A program made the position numbers and the translations under genes. The notes beneath the pieces are model-generated. The model saw nothing but the letters and a program-made list of their open reading frames with translations, was not told the origin of the DNA and ran no database searches. Positions 50,741-60,009 of a DNA stretch of 64,000 nucleotides are shown here, piece after piece. This stretch comes from an uncultured Actinomycetes bacterium. GTDB taxonomy: Bacteria > Actinomycetota > Thermoleophilia > RBG-16-64-13. The DNA lies in NCBI GenBank assembly GCA_963841735.1, contig CAWJDT010000001.1:1056001-1120000 (forward strand), written 5' to 3'. Each line of letters begins with the position of its first letter. Within the stretch, counting starts at the first letter, position 1.

Positions 50741-52117
50741 CTAGACCGTCCTCGGAGGCTGATTGTTTCCCTCGGCCGGTAGCGCATTGCTGGAGCTGAG
50801 CTCATCCGCGCTAGCGGGCAGAGCTCGTTCCACTGCTCTGTAGCGAAGTTCGATAGTACCGAGATCGTTCGGCTCAGGTACCGACTCTCGGCTCGCCCGC
50901 CAAAGCATCTGCGCTTGGCTCATCAGCGCAGCTCGATTCGACTCGTGCTGCACACCGGGGGTCAGCGAGGCGATAGCCTCGAGCAGGCGGAGGATCACCG
51001 GGACGCTTTCCCTCCCGTATTGTCGTATCTGGCTGAAGGCCGCGTCGACCAGGCCGGAGTAGGTCAACGGATAGGTGACCAGTCTCACCTCGCCTTCGTA
51101 GCTCAGGACCGCCGGAGGGATGCGCCGGCCCCCGACCATTCCCAGGCCATCGGCGAGTTGATCGATGCACGCGATAGCCGTGTCGGGATCGTTGATCCCC
51201 GGGGAAAGCGAGCGCACGGCTATCTCTACCAGTTGGTCGATCGCAGACTCCACATCCGGATTGAGAGATCTCTGCGTCCCGAGGGTGAAGCACTCATTCA
51301 ACTCCCCCGCGAGTTCCTCGGTTGGCGTCACTTCCGGCCAGGCGTCCAGCAGCTTGCCTCCCTGGATCAGGAAATGTCCCACGCGGTGCTCGAGACGGAG
51401 TACCAGTCCGTTCTCGTGAGCCAACTTCAGCAGCCGGTCCTGGTCGAGCGCCTGGATGTATCCACTACCTTCGGCCGCGATCTCCTGAGCCCCCGAGGGG
51501 AAGCCCTCAGGCAGGCTCCGGCCTGGCCGCCGCTCCGCCCGTTTGCTCTCCGTCTGGGGGAAGAGATGGTCAATGGCAACGCGCAGCTCGCGGCCGCTGG
51601 TGGCCACGATGGACTCCGCCCTTATCGAGAAGACGGCATGATCTATGAAGTACACGAGGAGGCCTACGCCGGCGATGGCGAAGAGGATGCCCACCGTAAG
51701 CGAGATATAGGGTACGAACTGTGGGGAGCCGGTGCTCCGCACCGTGCGCAAGACGAGAAGACAATAGATGAAAGCGGCCAGAAACGTGCCCAGCACGAGC
51801 TGATATCCGCGGTCCCTGATGAAGTTCCTGAGCAAGCGAGGCCCGAACTGCTGTGAGGCCATTGAGAGTCCCACGATGGTAATCGAGAACGTCAGTGCGG
51901 CCACCGTGATCATCGATCCAGAAATGGTCGAGAGAAGGATGCGAGCCCCCTCCGGTCCTCCCTGGTATATCCAGCCGGGCACCAGGGCCCCGCTACTTCC
52001 GATGGCGTGATCGACCCAAGGTAGGAGAAAGGCGAGCCCGATGGCACCGGTCACCATTGCGGCGGGCACGAACCAGTAGTTGTTTATCAGGCGGCCTCTC
52101 AAGCGCGTCACCTCCAC
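50741..52117 (-). CDS. DUF2254 family membrane protein
   Basis: YWFVPA, ASQQFGPRLLRNF and RSLSPGINDPDTA. Confidence 0.88.
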   Translation of the reverse strand: MEVTRLRGRLINNYWFVPAAMVTGAIGLAFLLPWVDHAIGSSGALVPGWIYQGGPEGARILLSTISGSMITVAALTFSITIVGLSMASQQFGPRLLRNFIRDRGYQLVLGTFLAAFIYCLLVLRTVRSTGSPQFVPYISLTVGILFAIAGVGLLVYFIDHAVFSIRAESIVATSGRELRVAIDHLFPQTESKRAERRPGRSLPEGFPSGAQEIAAEGSGYIQALDQDRLLKLAHENGLVLRLEHRVGHFLIQGGKLLDAWPEVTPTEELAGELNECFTLGTQRSLNPDVESAIDQLVEIAVRSLSPGINDPDTAIACIDQLADGLGMVGGRRIPPAVLSYEGEVRLVTYPLTYSGLVDAAFSQIRQYGRESVPVILRLLEAIASLTPGVQHESNRAALMSQAQMLWRASRESVPEPNDLGTIELRYRAVERALPASADELSSSNALPAEGNNQPPRTV

Positions 52118-52246
52118 CTGCGCTGGCGTTGAATTCTAGGCGTATCCCATTGGTACCCTGTTTGCACCGATCCTGCGCACGGTAGAGCAAGGCCGCTCTG
52201 TGCCCTGGGCGCTCCTATACCTTCAGCCCCTCCCGCTGATGAGGAC

Positions 52247-52309
52247 TTTGCCTCCGACATGCCGCCGAGCTCGCCCTAAAGACGGCAAGACCCGGCCTCT
52301 CAGATCGGG
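52247..52309. repeat. Conserved ~60-bp element, copy C
   Basis: TTTGCCTCCGACATGCCGCCGAGCTCGCCCTAAAGACGGCAAGACCCGGCC aligns without gaps to the copy at 55432. Confidence 0.82.
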
Positions 52310-52338
52310 TTCCAGTGCCCATTCTTGGCTTTGCTGAG

Positions 52339-52381
52339 CGGAGAGGGGGGATTTAAACCCCCGGGACCGTTTGCACGGCCC
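52339..52381 (-). repeat. Displaced tRNA-Ser 3' half (att-like site)
   Basis: CGGAGAGGGGGGATTTAAACCCCCGGGACCGTTTGCACGGCCC comprises the acceptor 3' strand, T arm and variable arm. Confidence 0.85.
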
Positions 52382-52455
52382 TTAGAGGCCTGTGGTGCGT
52401 GGTCAACAGCGCCTATGGGCTCTTCAGTACGCGGGAACGGCCGATAGGCAACGAC

Positions 52456-52947
52456 TCAGTAGACGCCCGCCGACCGGAACGCCTCCTTCACGTCCGAGAG
52501 AAGATAGATCACCTGCAGCTTGTACTTCTCCGACGTGGTCCTGATCGTGACCTGATCGGGCCCCGTCCCGTCGGTGCCCGTCCCCGTCTTGTACTTCACC
52601 TTCTTGATCGTCCCGCGGTCGATTGCGAAGTTGCCCGGTGACTCGGCGAGCGCCGCGTCCGGCGGCATATGCAGGTACACCTCATGGTAGTTGGACGTCG
52701 CATCAAGCTGCGCCCCCCACTGGCCGAGGAAGCCCTTGCCCTTGGCCTTGGCGTCACCGCGCGCCTGATTCATTGTCGCGGCGACCCTTTCCTTCGTATG
52801 CTCAGCGAAGATGATCCGGCGGTCGGTGAAAACGAGCGAGTACCTCGTTGGTTTCATGCCCATGAACCCGCCGACCCGCATGAGGTTGCCAACGGTCGCG
52901 ATGATACGTTCGCCTCCGAGAGGGGCGAGTACTGGCGTGTCTATCAT
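52456..52947 (-). CDS. Hypothetical protein (PH-like fold plausible)
   Basis: AAGGAG RBS; YSLVFTDRRIIFA motif. Confidence 0.7.
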   Translation of the reverse strand: MIDTPVLAPLGGERIIATVGNLMRVGGFMGMKPTRYSLVFTDRRIIFAEHTKERVAATMNQARGDAKAKGKGFLGQWGAQLDATSNYHEVYLHMPPDAALAESPGNFAIDRGTIKKVKYKTGTGTDGTGPDQVTIRTTSEKYKLQVIYLLSDVKEAFRSAGVY

Positions 52948-53033
52948 GGGTGCTCTCACTCCTTCCTCGCATGAGAGAGAATGCCCCGGGACTCCGGAGC
53001 TTTCCCTTATCGGATCGTACGGCGCGTGATCCA

Positions 53034-53504
53034 CTAGTAGTGGAGCTTGTCCAGTGCTTGCTGTGCCGCGGGGTCGTCCATGGTGATCTTTGGATCGGCG
53101 TCATCACCCTTGGTGAATGTTGTGTTGTCCTTCGCCACGTCGTTGACCGCCCAGAATGTGCCGGCGCCCTCTGGGTCGTCGGTCGCCCAAACTCCTTGAT
53201 GGTTCTCCATGCTGCTCGAGAATTCCATGGCGACGAAGTACACGTTGGGCAGGGTCGCGCTACTGACCATCCAACCAGAAAGCGGTCTCACCACGGCGTC
53301 TTCCTTTGCGCCCGCGGCGATGGCGTCGAGAAGACTGGGCGATACGATCGTATCCACTGCCTCTGTGGCCGGGGCACCTGCGGCTGCTGTGGTGGCGCTC
53401 ATCGCCGTCGTCGTTTGCGTCGCCCCATCATCTCCGCCGCAGGCGGCAAGGGGGATGACGAACAAGGCAATCGTCAGCGGGATCAAGACGCAACGCAGCT
53501 TCAT
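53034..53504 (-). CDS. Putative lipoprotein
   Basis: Signal peptide with LAAC lipobox; Thr/Ala-rich linker. Confidence 0.8.
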   Translation of the reverse strand: MKLRCVLIPLTIALFVIPLAACGGDDGATQTTTAMSATTAAAGAPATEAVDTIVSPSLLDAIAAGAKEDAVVRPLSGWMVSSATLPNVYFVAMEFSSSMENHQGVWATDDPEGAGTFWAVNDVAKDNTTFTKGDDADPKITMDDPAAQQALDKLHY

Positions 53505-53610
53505 GACATGGACCCCCATCTTGTTCGAATTAGAATCACTGCAACCGACGGTGATTGGCCGGTGCGCAGAGACCTTATCACCCTGAGGCGGTGCCGACAA
53601 AATCCCATCG

Positions 53611-53697
53611 GTGTTTCACATAGGAACCGGAACTTTGTCCAAGAAGTGTAGAGCAGGTACCGGAGCCGCTGTGGAAAGTATGTGCCGAGACGGCACG
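53611..53697. mobile_element. Relic IS481-type end
   Basis: TGTAGAGCAGGTACCGGAGCCGC and TGTGGAAAGTATGTGCCGAGAC resemble the IS end repeats at 55331-55414. Confidence 0.65.
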
Positions 53698-53710
53698 CGG
53701 CCTATCGGCG

Positions 53711-55414
53711 TGTCAAGTCCCGGTACCCGCTTTACAGTTTGGCTCCGGTACCTTCTTTACAGTCCCTTCGGCCTCGATCGGGATTTGCGATTTCTTCTAG
53801 GAGGCCTTGAGCTTCCTCGGCCGGCCCTTGGGAACGCCGAAGGCCCCGTGCTCCTTGCTTCGGTCGTGCCGAACGGGATGGGTGCGGATGAGCTTGCCCG
53901 CCGCCCAGATCTGGACCGTGTCTCCGGCGAGCCGCACCTCCACCTGCTTGCCGGCACAGGCGGTGCTCACGTGGTAGGCGGTGCCGGCGAAACTGAGATC
54001 GCCCCGGGAATCCACCTGGCGTAGCACCGCTGGATGGGTCCTGGATCGGACTCCGGCCCCTTGAGGCCGCCGGCGTAGGGCAGGCTCCTCCGCCTCGTTC
54101 TTGTGCTTGCGAGCCAAAGTGGCGACGAGCACGCCCCGGTGGAAGATGCTGACCAGACCGTCGGCGCCGAACTCAGCTTCCACCGTCTCTCCGCCCAGGA
54201 AGCGGCCCACGGTGTAGTCGGCTCCGGCGAGGCGCATGCGCCCGTTTGCGCTCACCTTGCGCCTGGCTCGCCGACTGTGAGGCCCGAGCTCGGCATCTGG
54301 TGCTTCGTCTTCTTGGGGAAGGACAGGCTCGAACCTCTCCAGGTTGTCACCCGTGAACCGGTCGGCCGGCGGGACCATGCCGATGCCCTGGTGGGGTCGC
54401 TCGGTGTTGTAGAAAGCCACCCAGACGTCCAGCTCGGCCTGGGCCTCCTCGGGGCCGGCAAAGACCCGGCCTCGCAAGAACTCAGACCTCACGGTCTTGT
54501 GGAAGCGCTCCACCTTGCCGGTGGTGGTGGGCGAGTTAGGCGCGGTTAGGAGATGGCGGATGCCGTTCTCCCGGCAGATGCGATCGAAGAGCACTTCACC
54601 GGGGCGGGGACCAAACCGGCTGGAGAACACCTTGCCGTTGTCGGTGAGGATCTGATCGGGAACACCGTAGCGGCGAAGAGCCGAAGCCAACGCTTCGCAG
54701 ACCGGTCGGGCGGTGGCTCGGAAAGCAAGAAGCGCAGAGATGCAAAAGCGGGAGTGATCGTCCAGGCCGCTCACGAGCTTGAGTTCCGAGCCGTCCGTGA
54801 GCATCACTCCGCCCATGACGTCCATCTGCCAGAGCTCCATGGGCCGACTCCGCTCCCAGCGGCGGTAGTCCTCCCGGCGTTTCTTGCGCTTCTTTGGGTC
54901 GATGAGACCGTGGCGGCAAAGACAGCGGTAGATGGAGGAACGCCCCGGCGGAGGATCGACCCCCTCGCGCAAGAGCTGATGACGGATGCTGCGCGGTCCC
55001 CAGAATGGACGCATCCGCCGGAGTTCCACCACCCGGGCCACCACGTCGGGTGCCATCTGGTGCGGGCAGTTCCCCGGCCGACAGGAATGATCTACCAGGC
55101 CCGCCAGTCCCGCGCGGGCATAGCGCCTAAGCCAGTTGTGCACCGTCTGGCGGGTCACGCCGTAGCGGTGAGCTACCTCGGTCACGGAGGCCCCGCCCAA
55201 GACCTCCAGGATGGCTTTGTGCCGTTGTTCCACGAGTCCCAGCCTGACAAGCACGATGACGACCTCCCCCGATAGCAGCCATTTCTCATGCATATCGGAG
55301 GATTGGGACCGGAGGCCCAGGTCTCAAGGGTGTAAAGCAGGTACCGGAGCCGCGTCCCGAAACTGTAAAGCACCTACCGGAGCCAATGTGTCAAGTATGT
55401 ACCGGGACTACACA
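53711..55414 (-). mobile_element. IS481 family insertion sequence
   Basis: Terminal inverted repeats TGTCAAGTCCCGGTAC / TGTGTAGTCCCGGTAC with repeated subterminal GGCTCCGGTA..GCTTTACA units. Confidence 0.9.
53797..55254 (-). CDS. IS481 family DDE transposase
   Basis: HTH domains, LWQMD, DDHSRF, LTDNG, GKVERFH and YNTERPHQGIG. Confidence 0.93.
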   Translation of the reverse strand: MLVRLGLVEQRHKAILEVLGGASVTEVAHRYGVTRQTVHNWLRRYARAGLAGLVDHSCRPGNCPHQMAPDVVARVVELRRMRPFWGPRSIRHQLLREGVDPPPGRSSIYRCLCRHGLIDPKKRKKRREDYRRWERSRPMELWQMDVMGGVMLTDGSELKLVSGLDDHSRFCISALLAFRATARPVCEALASALRRYGVPDQILTDNGKVFSSRFGPRPGEVLFDRICRENGIRHLLTAPNSPTTTGKVERFHKTVRSEFLRGRVFAGPEEAQAELDVWVAFYNTERPHQGIGMVPPADRFTGDNLERFEPVLPQEDEAPDAELGPHSRRARRKVSANGRMRLAGADYTVGRFLGGETVEAEFGADGLVSIFHRGVLVATLARKHKNEAEEPALRRRPQGAGVRSRTHPAVLRQVDSRGDLSFAGTAYHVSTACAGKQVEVRLAGDTVQIWAAGKLIRTHPVRHDRSKEHGAFGVPKGRPRKLKAS

Positions 55415-55431
55415 CATTGAGTGCTGTCGCG

Positions 55432-55494
55432 TTTGCCCCCGACTTGCCCCCGAACTCGCCCGAAAGACGCGAAAACCCGGCCACCCGGGCCGGG
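55432..55494. repeat. Conserved ~60-bp element, copy D (tandem TGCCCCCGA repeats plus tRNA terminator hairpin)
   Basis: TTTGCCCCCGACTTGCCCCCGAACTCGCCCGAAAGACGCGAAAACCCGGCC-N6-GGCCGGG; on the minus strand the hairpin is followed by TTTT. Confidence 0.85.
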
Positions 55495-55526
55495 CTCCGA
55501 CTTGGGTAAATCCTGCTTATCTGAAG

Positions 55527-55615
55527 CGGAGAGGGGGGGATTCGAACCCCCGGTGCTGCTTGCGCAGCACAACGGTTTTCGAGACCGCCGCATTCAACCG
55601 CTCTGCCACCTCTCC
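55527..55615 (-). tRNA. tRNA-Ser (CGA)
   Basis: GGAGAGGTGGCAGAGCGGTTGAATGCGGCGGTCTCGAAAACCG, long variable arm, then GGGGGTTCGAATCCCCCCCTCTCCG. Confidence 0.97.
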
Positions 55616-55721
55616 GCGCGGACGCCCCGCAGGGCGCGAAGCGGAGTATAGCGCGAGGAGGGGCGCTGATAGAATCGACATGCAGACACTTATCCCTCAG
55701 CCGTCAGGCAGGTCGCTCGCG

Positions 55722-55910
55722 ATGACAACCGACAGAGTGAGAGAGATCGAGCAGAAGATCGCCGAGCTCAAGGCGCGATGGCCGGCTCATTCCGTGCCGC
55801 CCCACTTGTGGGAGGAGCTGGAGGAGCTGGAGAGCGAACTCACACAGGCTGAGCGCGCCGTCACCGAGGAGACCGATGGCCGGGCAACGGGTTCTGATCG
55901 ACTACAGTAA
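55722..55910 (+). CDS. Small helical-hairpin protein with PAHS motif
   Basis: IEQKIAELKARWPAHSVPPHLWEELEELE; overlaps the start of the ferredoxin gene. Confidence 0.7.
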   Translation: MTTDRVREIEQKIAELKARWPAHSVPPHLWEELEELESELTQAERAVTEETDGRATGSDRLQ

Positions 55911-56091
55911 GTGCGATCCGAGGCGATGTGAGGGCGGCATCTGCACCGCTGCTCTCGCCTGCCCCCGCAAAGCGATGGGGCAGGAAGCCCCGTACGAAGT
56001 CCCGATGCCGCCTTCCGGCCCCTGCAAGGGCTGCGCCGAGTGCGCGCTCCACTGTCCCTCCAAAGCGGTCCGACTGGTCGCCGGTAGTTGA
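55876..56091 (+). CDS. Small 4Fe-4S ferredoxin-like protein
   Basis: GAGGAG RBS; C..C..C...CP and CKGCAECALHCP. Confidence 0.85.
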   Translation: MAGQRVLIDYSKCDPRRCEGGICTAALACPRKAMGQEAPYEVPMPPSGPCKGCAECALHCPSKAVRLVAGS

Positions 56092-56168
56092 GCGCGCCGC
56101 GCGGCTCGGTGCTGCGCGCGTTTCCCCTTATCGCGGCCTAGTGGTGGCGTTGGCGCCGCTCCCGCGCT

Positions 56169-57176
56169 CTAATGCCGGTGCCCGGAATGCCCGCCCTTCG
56201 CCGGCAAGCCGGCCGCCGGTAAGGCGCAGCTGCTGCCTGCGCACTCCCCTCCGGCGGTCTCCAGCTCCAGAGTGACGTGACCCACGCTGAACGTGCCCGC
56301 GAGCATCGCCTTGACGGCGCCTACAATCGTGCCGGCCTCGGAGACTGCCGCGTCGTCGACCTCCACGTGGGCTGAAAGGGCCAGGTCGCTGGACGAGATC
56401 GACCAAACATGGAGGTCGTGTATGCCCCGCACTCCGGGTATGGTGAGCACGGCCTGCTCCACCACGGCGAGCTCCAGCCCTTCGGGTGTGCCCTCCATAA
56501 GCACGTTCACGGTGCTGCGGATGATCCGGACGGCCTCGCGCCCTATCCAGAGCGACACCAGGACGGAGACGATAGCGTCGGCGTAGTTCCAGTCCCACAG
56601 GTAGAGGACCACGCCGCTCAGCATGACCCCGAGACTGGTGACGGCGTCACCCACCAGGTGCAGGAAGGCGCTACGCAGGTTGAGATCGTGGCCGTGGGAG
56701 CGGAGCAGCAGTGCCGCCACTCCGTTGACCACCAGGCCGCCGCCGGCAAAGATGATGACCCACAGGCCTTCCACCGGCTGGGGATCGAGGATGCGCCGCA
56801 CCGCCTCCACGATGATGTACACCGAGATGGCGACGAGTACTGCCGAGTTGAACAAGGCCACCAGGATCTCGGCCCGCTTGTAGGCGAAGGTGCGGCGGGG
56901 GTTGGCCTCGCGCCGCCCGAGCCTGACGGCCCAGAGGCTGAGGCCCAGTGCCACCACGTCGCTGAGATTGTGAGCCGCGTCGGAGAGTAGTCCCAGGCTG
57001 TTGGCGATGATGCCGCCGACGATCTGCAGCAGCGTGATGACCAGGTTGAGCCCGAGGCTGACGATGAGGCGCCGGTCGGGGGCGACGCCAAGCCCGGGGC
57101 TGCGGATGGGTCCGTGGTCCGCTTCGCGCCCTGCGAGATCCTCCCCCGAGCTACTTTCCGCGGCGAGTCCGATCAC
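56169..57176 (-). CDS. Cation diffusion facilitator (Zn/Co/Cd) transporter
   Basis: SLGLLSDAAHNLSD, NLRSAFLHLVGD and HDLHVW. Confidence 0.93.
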   Translation of the reverse strand: MIGLAAESSSGEDLAGREADHGPIRSPGLGVAPDRRLIVSLGLNLVITLLQIVGGIIANSLGLLSDAAHNLSDVVALGLSLWAVRLGRREANPRRTFAYKRAEILVALFNSAVLVAISVYIIVEAVRRILDPQPVEGLWVIIFAGGGLVVNGVAALLLRSHGHDLNLRSAFLHLVGDAVTSLGVMLSGVVLYLWDWNYADAIVSVLVSLWIGREAVRIIRSTVNVLMEGTPEGLELAVVEQAVLTIPGVRGIHDLHVWSISSSDLALSAHVEVDDAAVSEAGTIVGAVKAMLAGTFSVGHVTLELETAGGECAGSSCALPAAGLPAKGGHSGHRH

Positions 57177-58163
57177 CGGACCACGATCTCCTCACCCGCT
57201 CTGACGGTCTGGTAGCGCTCGCCGAGGGCGTCCTTGAAGGCGGTCAAAGTCCAGTCACAACTGTCGTGGGCCGAGAGGGCGACCAAGCCGAGATCGAGGC
57301 CGGCCAAACATGACGCCGCCTGCCGCGCTTCGCGTCTGGTGATCCGTTGCCAGGGCAGCTTGCCGTTTCCGATGATGGTCTGTCCGCCTTTGCCCACGCG
57401 CGAGCCTGTCACAGGGAAGTGCAATCCCCCGATCACGCCGTACAGAGGTAACCCCGTGACTGCTTGGGCTCGCTCGAGCATCCTCTGCAGCGACGGGTGC
57501 CCGCAGCCCACGATCGCCACGATGCCCTTGTCGCTCACATTGATCAAGCAGCAGTTGCTCTGCGATGGGTCCCATCCTCCAGATCGCTCGGGTCAGCGGC
57601 CCGCTACTTGCGATCCCTTCGGCCAGCTTGCGCGGCTCTGTGACCACCTCGACCGCGGCCGAGCTGTGGATCATGGGGGTGGGAACGTAGGCCGGTATGC
57701 CATTCAGCGCCACGGGTTGCTCGGAAAGGGCGAAAGTGCGTTCCCGCATCTGCTGCGTTCCGCCCACGTGATCGAGATGAAGGTGGGAGATGAAGACCGC
57801 GTCTATCTCGAAGGGAGAGACCCCCAACTGTTCCATGTTGCGGAGAAGGGGGGAGGGATGCTCTCGCCGGGGGTTGAAGCCCGTGTCGAAGAGGATCTTC
57901 TTCTCGTCGGCGGTGATCAGATACGAGACTCCCGGTTCTCCCAGCAGCCCCTCGCGCGCAGGGTAGAGGTCGATCAGGGGGAGGACGGAGAGGCGCGAGA
58001 CCGCGCCCAATCCTTTGAGCGGCTCGGGTCGCACCTGCTGCCACTCGCGGTCGGCCTGCCTGCGCTCGCGGAGAAAGGCAGCAGTGGCAGCCGGCCGCGT
58101 CAGGCCCGCCAGCGCCCAGTAGACGGCGTACCCCTTGTCCTTGGCCTTGTCCTTCAGTGCCAC
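57173..58163 (-). CDS. MBL-fold metallo-hydrolase, frameshifted near 57548
   Basis: ILFDTG and ISHLHLDHVGG in one frame; VGCGHP, IGGLH and SAHDS in the other. Confidence 0.8.
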
Positions 58164-58206
58164 GGCGTCCCTCTCCGGGGCTATGCGGCCGTCGGCGACA
58201 CGCCGG

Positions 58207-58686
58207 TCATAGTGCGTCTTGCTCCCGCCGCTCGACGAAGAACTCCCGTAGGAGCCGGGCGGCCTCAATCGCCGAAACCCCGGCGCGGACCTCGGGTTGG
58301 TGGTTGAGGGCCGGATGATCGACGATGTTGAAGACGGTGCCGGCCGCTCCGGCCTTGGGGTCGTCGGCTCCGTAGACCAGTCGCTTGATGCGCGCGAGCA
58401 CGATTGCTCCGGCGCACATAGCGCATGGCTCCAGAGTGACGTAGAGGGTGGCCTCTTTGAGTCGCCACCCGCCCAAGATACCGGCCGCGTCGCGCAGCAC
58501 CAGCATCTCCGCGTGGGCGGTGGGATCGTGGCGCCGCTCGCGCTCGTTGCCCCTAGCGGCGATGACCTCTCCGCTCACCACCAGCACCGCTCCCACGGGC
58601 ACCTCGCCCTGGGCCGCGGCGGTACGGGCCTCGTCGAGGGCTAGGGCCATCAAACGGTAGTCTTCGCCTTGTGAGGGAATGATCAC
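58207..58686 (-). CDS. tadA: tRNA adenosine(34) deaminase
   Basis: [15 protein letters not shown] and [11 protein letters not shown]. Confidence 0.95.
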   Translation of the reverse strand: MIIPSQGEDYRLMALALDEARTAAAQGEVPVGAVLVVSGEVIAARGNERERRHDPTAHAEMLVLRDAAGILGGWRLKEATLYVTLEPCAMCAGAIVLARIKRLVYGADDPKAGAAGTVFNIVDHPALNHQPEVRAGVSAIEAARLLREFFVERREQDAL

Positions 58687-58814
58687 GACGCGATGCCTTT
58701 GCTCGGGTGGTCTTGCCTGCTCTCACAATCATACAGGGACCTCCCGGGTGCGGCGCGCTTCGGTCCGCTCGCGTGGCACCGCGCCCCCTGCCGTTGTTGC
58801 GCTGGCTTCGCCAC

Positions 58815-59072
58815 TCAGGCCGCCCGCGCCGTGCCGCGTCCCTCTGCCCGTCGCTCCACTCGCAGTCCGCTCACCTCGCTGACACTACCGTCCCTGTGCA
58901 GGATGCGTAGGCCGCGCACTGTGTCCTCGCTTATGTCGAGGTAGATGGCAGCCACTCCGTCCTGCGGCGCCTCGAACTCGATCTCCTGCCGGGTAACTGA
59001 GAACTTGCGGAAGACGACATAGGCTATGCACGCCATCAGAACGGCTGTGGCTACGACGGCTGAAATAAGCAT
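58815..59072 (-). CDS. Small single-TM hypothetical protein
   Basis: GGGAGG RBS before ATG at 59072; N-terminal hydrophobic helix. Confidence 0.55.
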   Translation of the reverse strand: MLISAVVATAVLMACIAYVVFRKFSVTRQEIEFEAPQDGVAAIYLDISEDTVRGLRILHRDGSVSEVSGLRVERRAEGRGTARAA

Positions 59073-59377
59073 GAGACCCTCCCGAGCTACTTGGATCACC
59101 TTGAAAAGCAGCATAGCCGACGGGTCGGATAGGAAAGTCGGCGCTCCGGCTCCGGCTCCGGCTGCGGTGCCACCTTCGGATCGACGCCGCCGAAGGCCGG
59201 CCGTCGCGCCAGGGCGCAGCTGAGTCCGCCCCAGTGGCGCGGGGCCGGTACCCGCCGGCGCCCTCCAGCGCCGGCCCGCCCGCTTCGGTCGGATCCGTCT
59301 CTTGACTCCGGATGAGTTTCGCTGCTAGGTTGCTGAGATACTCATCGCATACCACTACTCTCTTCTGGGGGTGCCAC

Positions 59378-60009
59378 ATGGCCCGCATCGAGTTCACCGA
59401 CAACTACCAGGACCTCTCCACCGAAGGCGGGTACCAGTTCAAGTTCGTCTGCGAGAGTTGCGGCAACGGCTACATGTCCAGCTTCGTCGCCAGCAAGAGC
59501 GGCATGGCCACGGGGCTGCTCGGGGAGCCGGCAGCGTCGTCGGTGGCTTTCTGGGCAGGGCCTCATACGGCGCCGACCAATTGCGCGACCTGGTTGCCGG
59601 CCCTGCCCACGACAAGGCGCTGCAGGAAGCGGTGGAGGAGATCCGCCCGTTGTTCGTCCAGTGCAAGCGCTGCGGTCAATGGGTGTGCCGCGAAGTCTGC
59701 TGGAACGCCGACCGGGGTCTGTGCACCGCGTGCGCTCCCATGGCGCAGCGGGAGATCAGCTCTCTGCAGGCCCAGATCACGGTCGAGCAGGCCGGGCAGA
59801 AACTGCGCGAGCAGGACCTAACTGCCGGGCTCAACCTCAGCGCCTCCGCGGTGGTCATCTGCCCCACCTGCGGCGTCGAGAACGAGGGCGGCAAGTTCTG
59901 CCAGGAGTGCGGAGGCTCCCTCGCGGCGCGCACCGAATGCCCGAGGTGCGGCACCAAGTTCAAGGCCGGCGCCAAGTTCTGTCCTGAGTGCGGCGCCAAG
60001 ACCAACTGA
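59378..60009 (+). CDS. Multi zinc-ribbon protein, frameshifted near 59521
   Basis: CESC in the first frame; CKRC, CREVC, CTAC and four further CxxC pairs in the second. Confidence 0.8.

Noticed and set aside
47439-52381. tRNA fragments as additional functional tRNA genes
   Set aside because: They lack the 5' acceptor strand, D arm and anticodon arm, and their T loops are mutated.
47481-52430. Shared ATGGGCTC on the inner side of both tRNA fragments as a second arm site
   Set aside because: It is only 8 bp and lies at different distances (52 versus 76 bp), so chance is a sufficient explanation.
40508-55494. Repeats interpreted as a CRISPR array
   Set aside because: The copies are kilobases apart, separated by genes and diverged, and there are no cas genes.
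58690-59370. SRP RNA or another ncRNA near tadA; GC-rich hairpins and a (GCTCCG)3 repeat
   Set aside because: The SRP core motif (CAGG..CGGAAG..AGCAG) is absent, and such hairpins are expected at this GC content.
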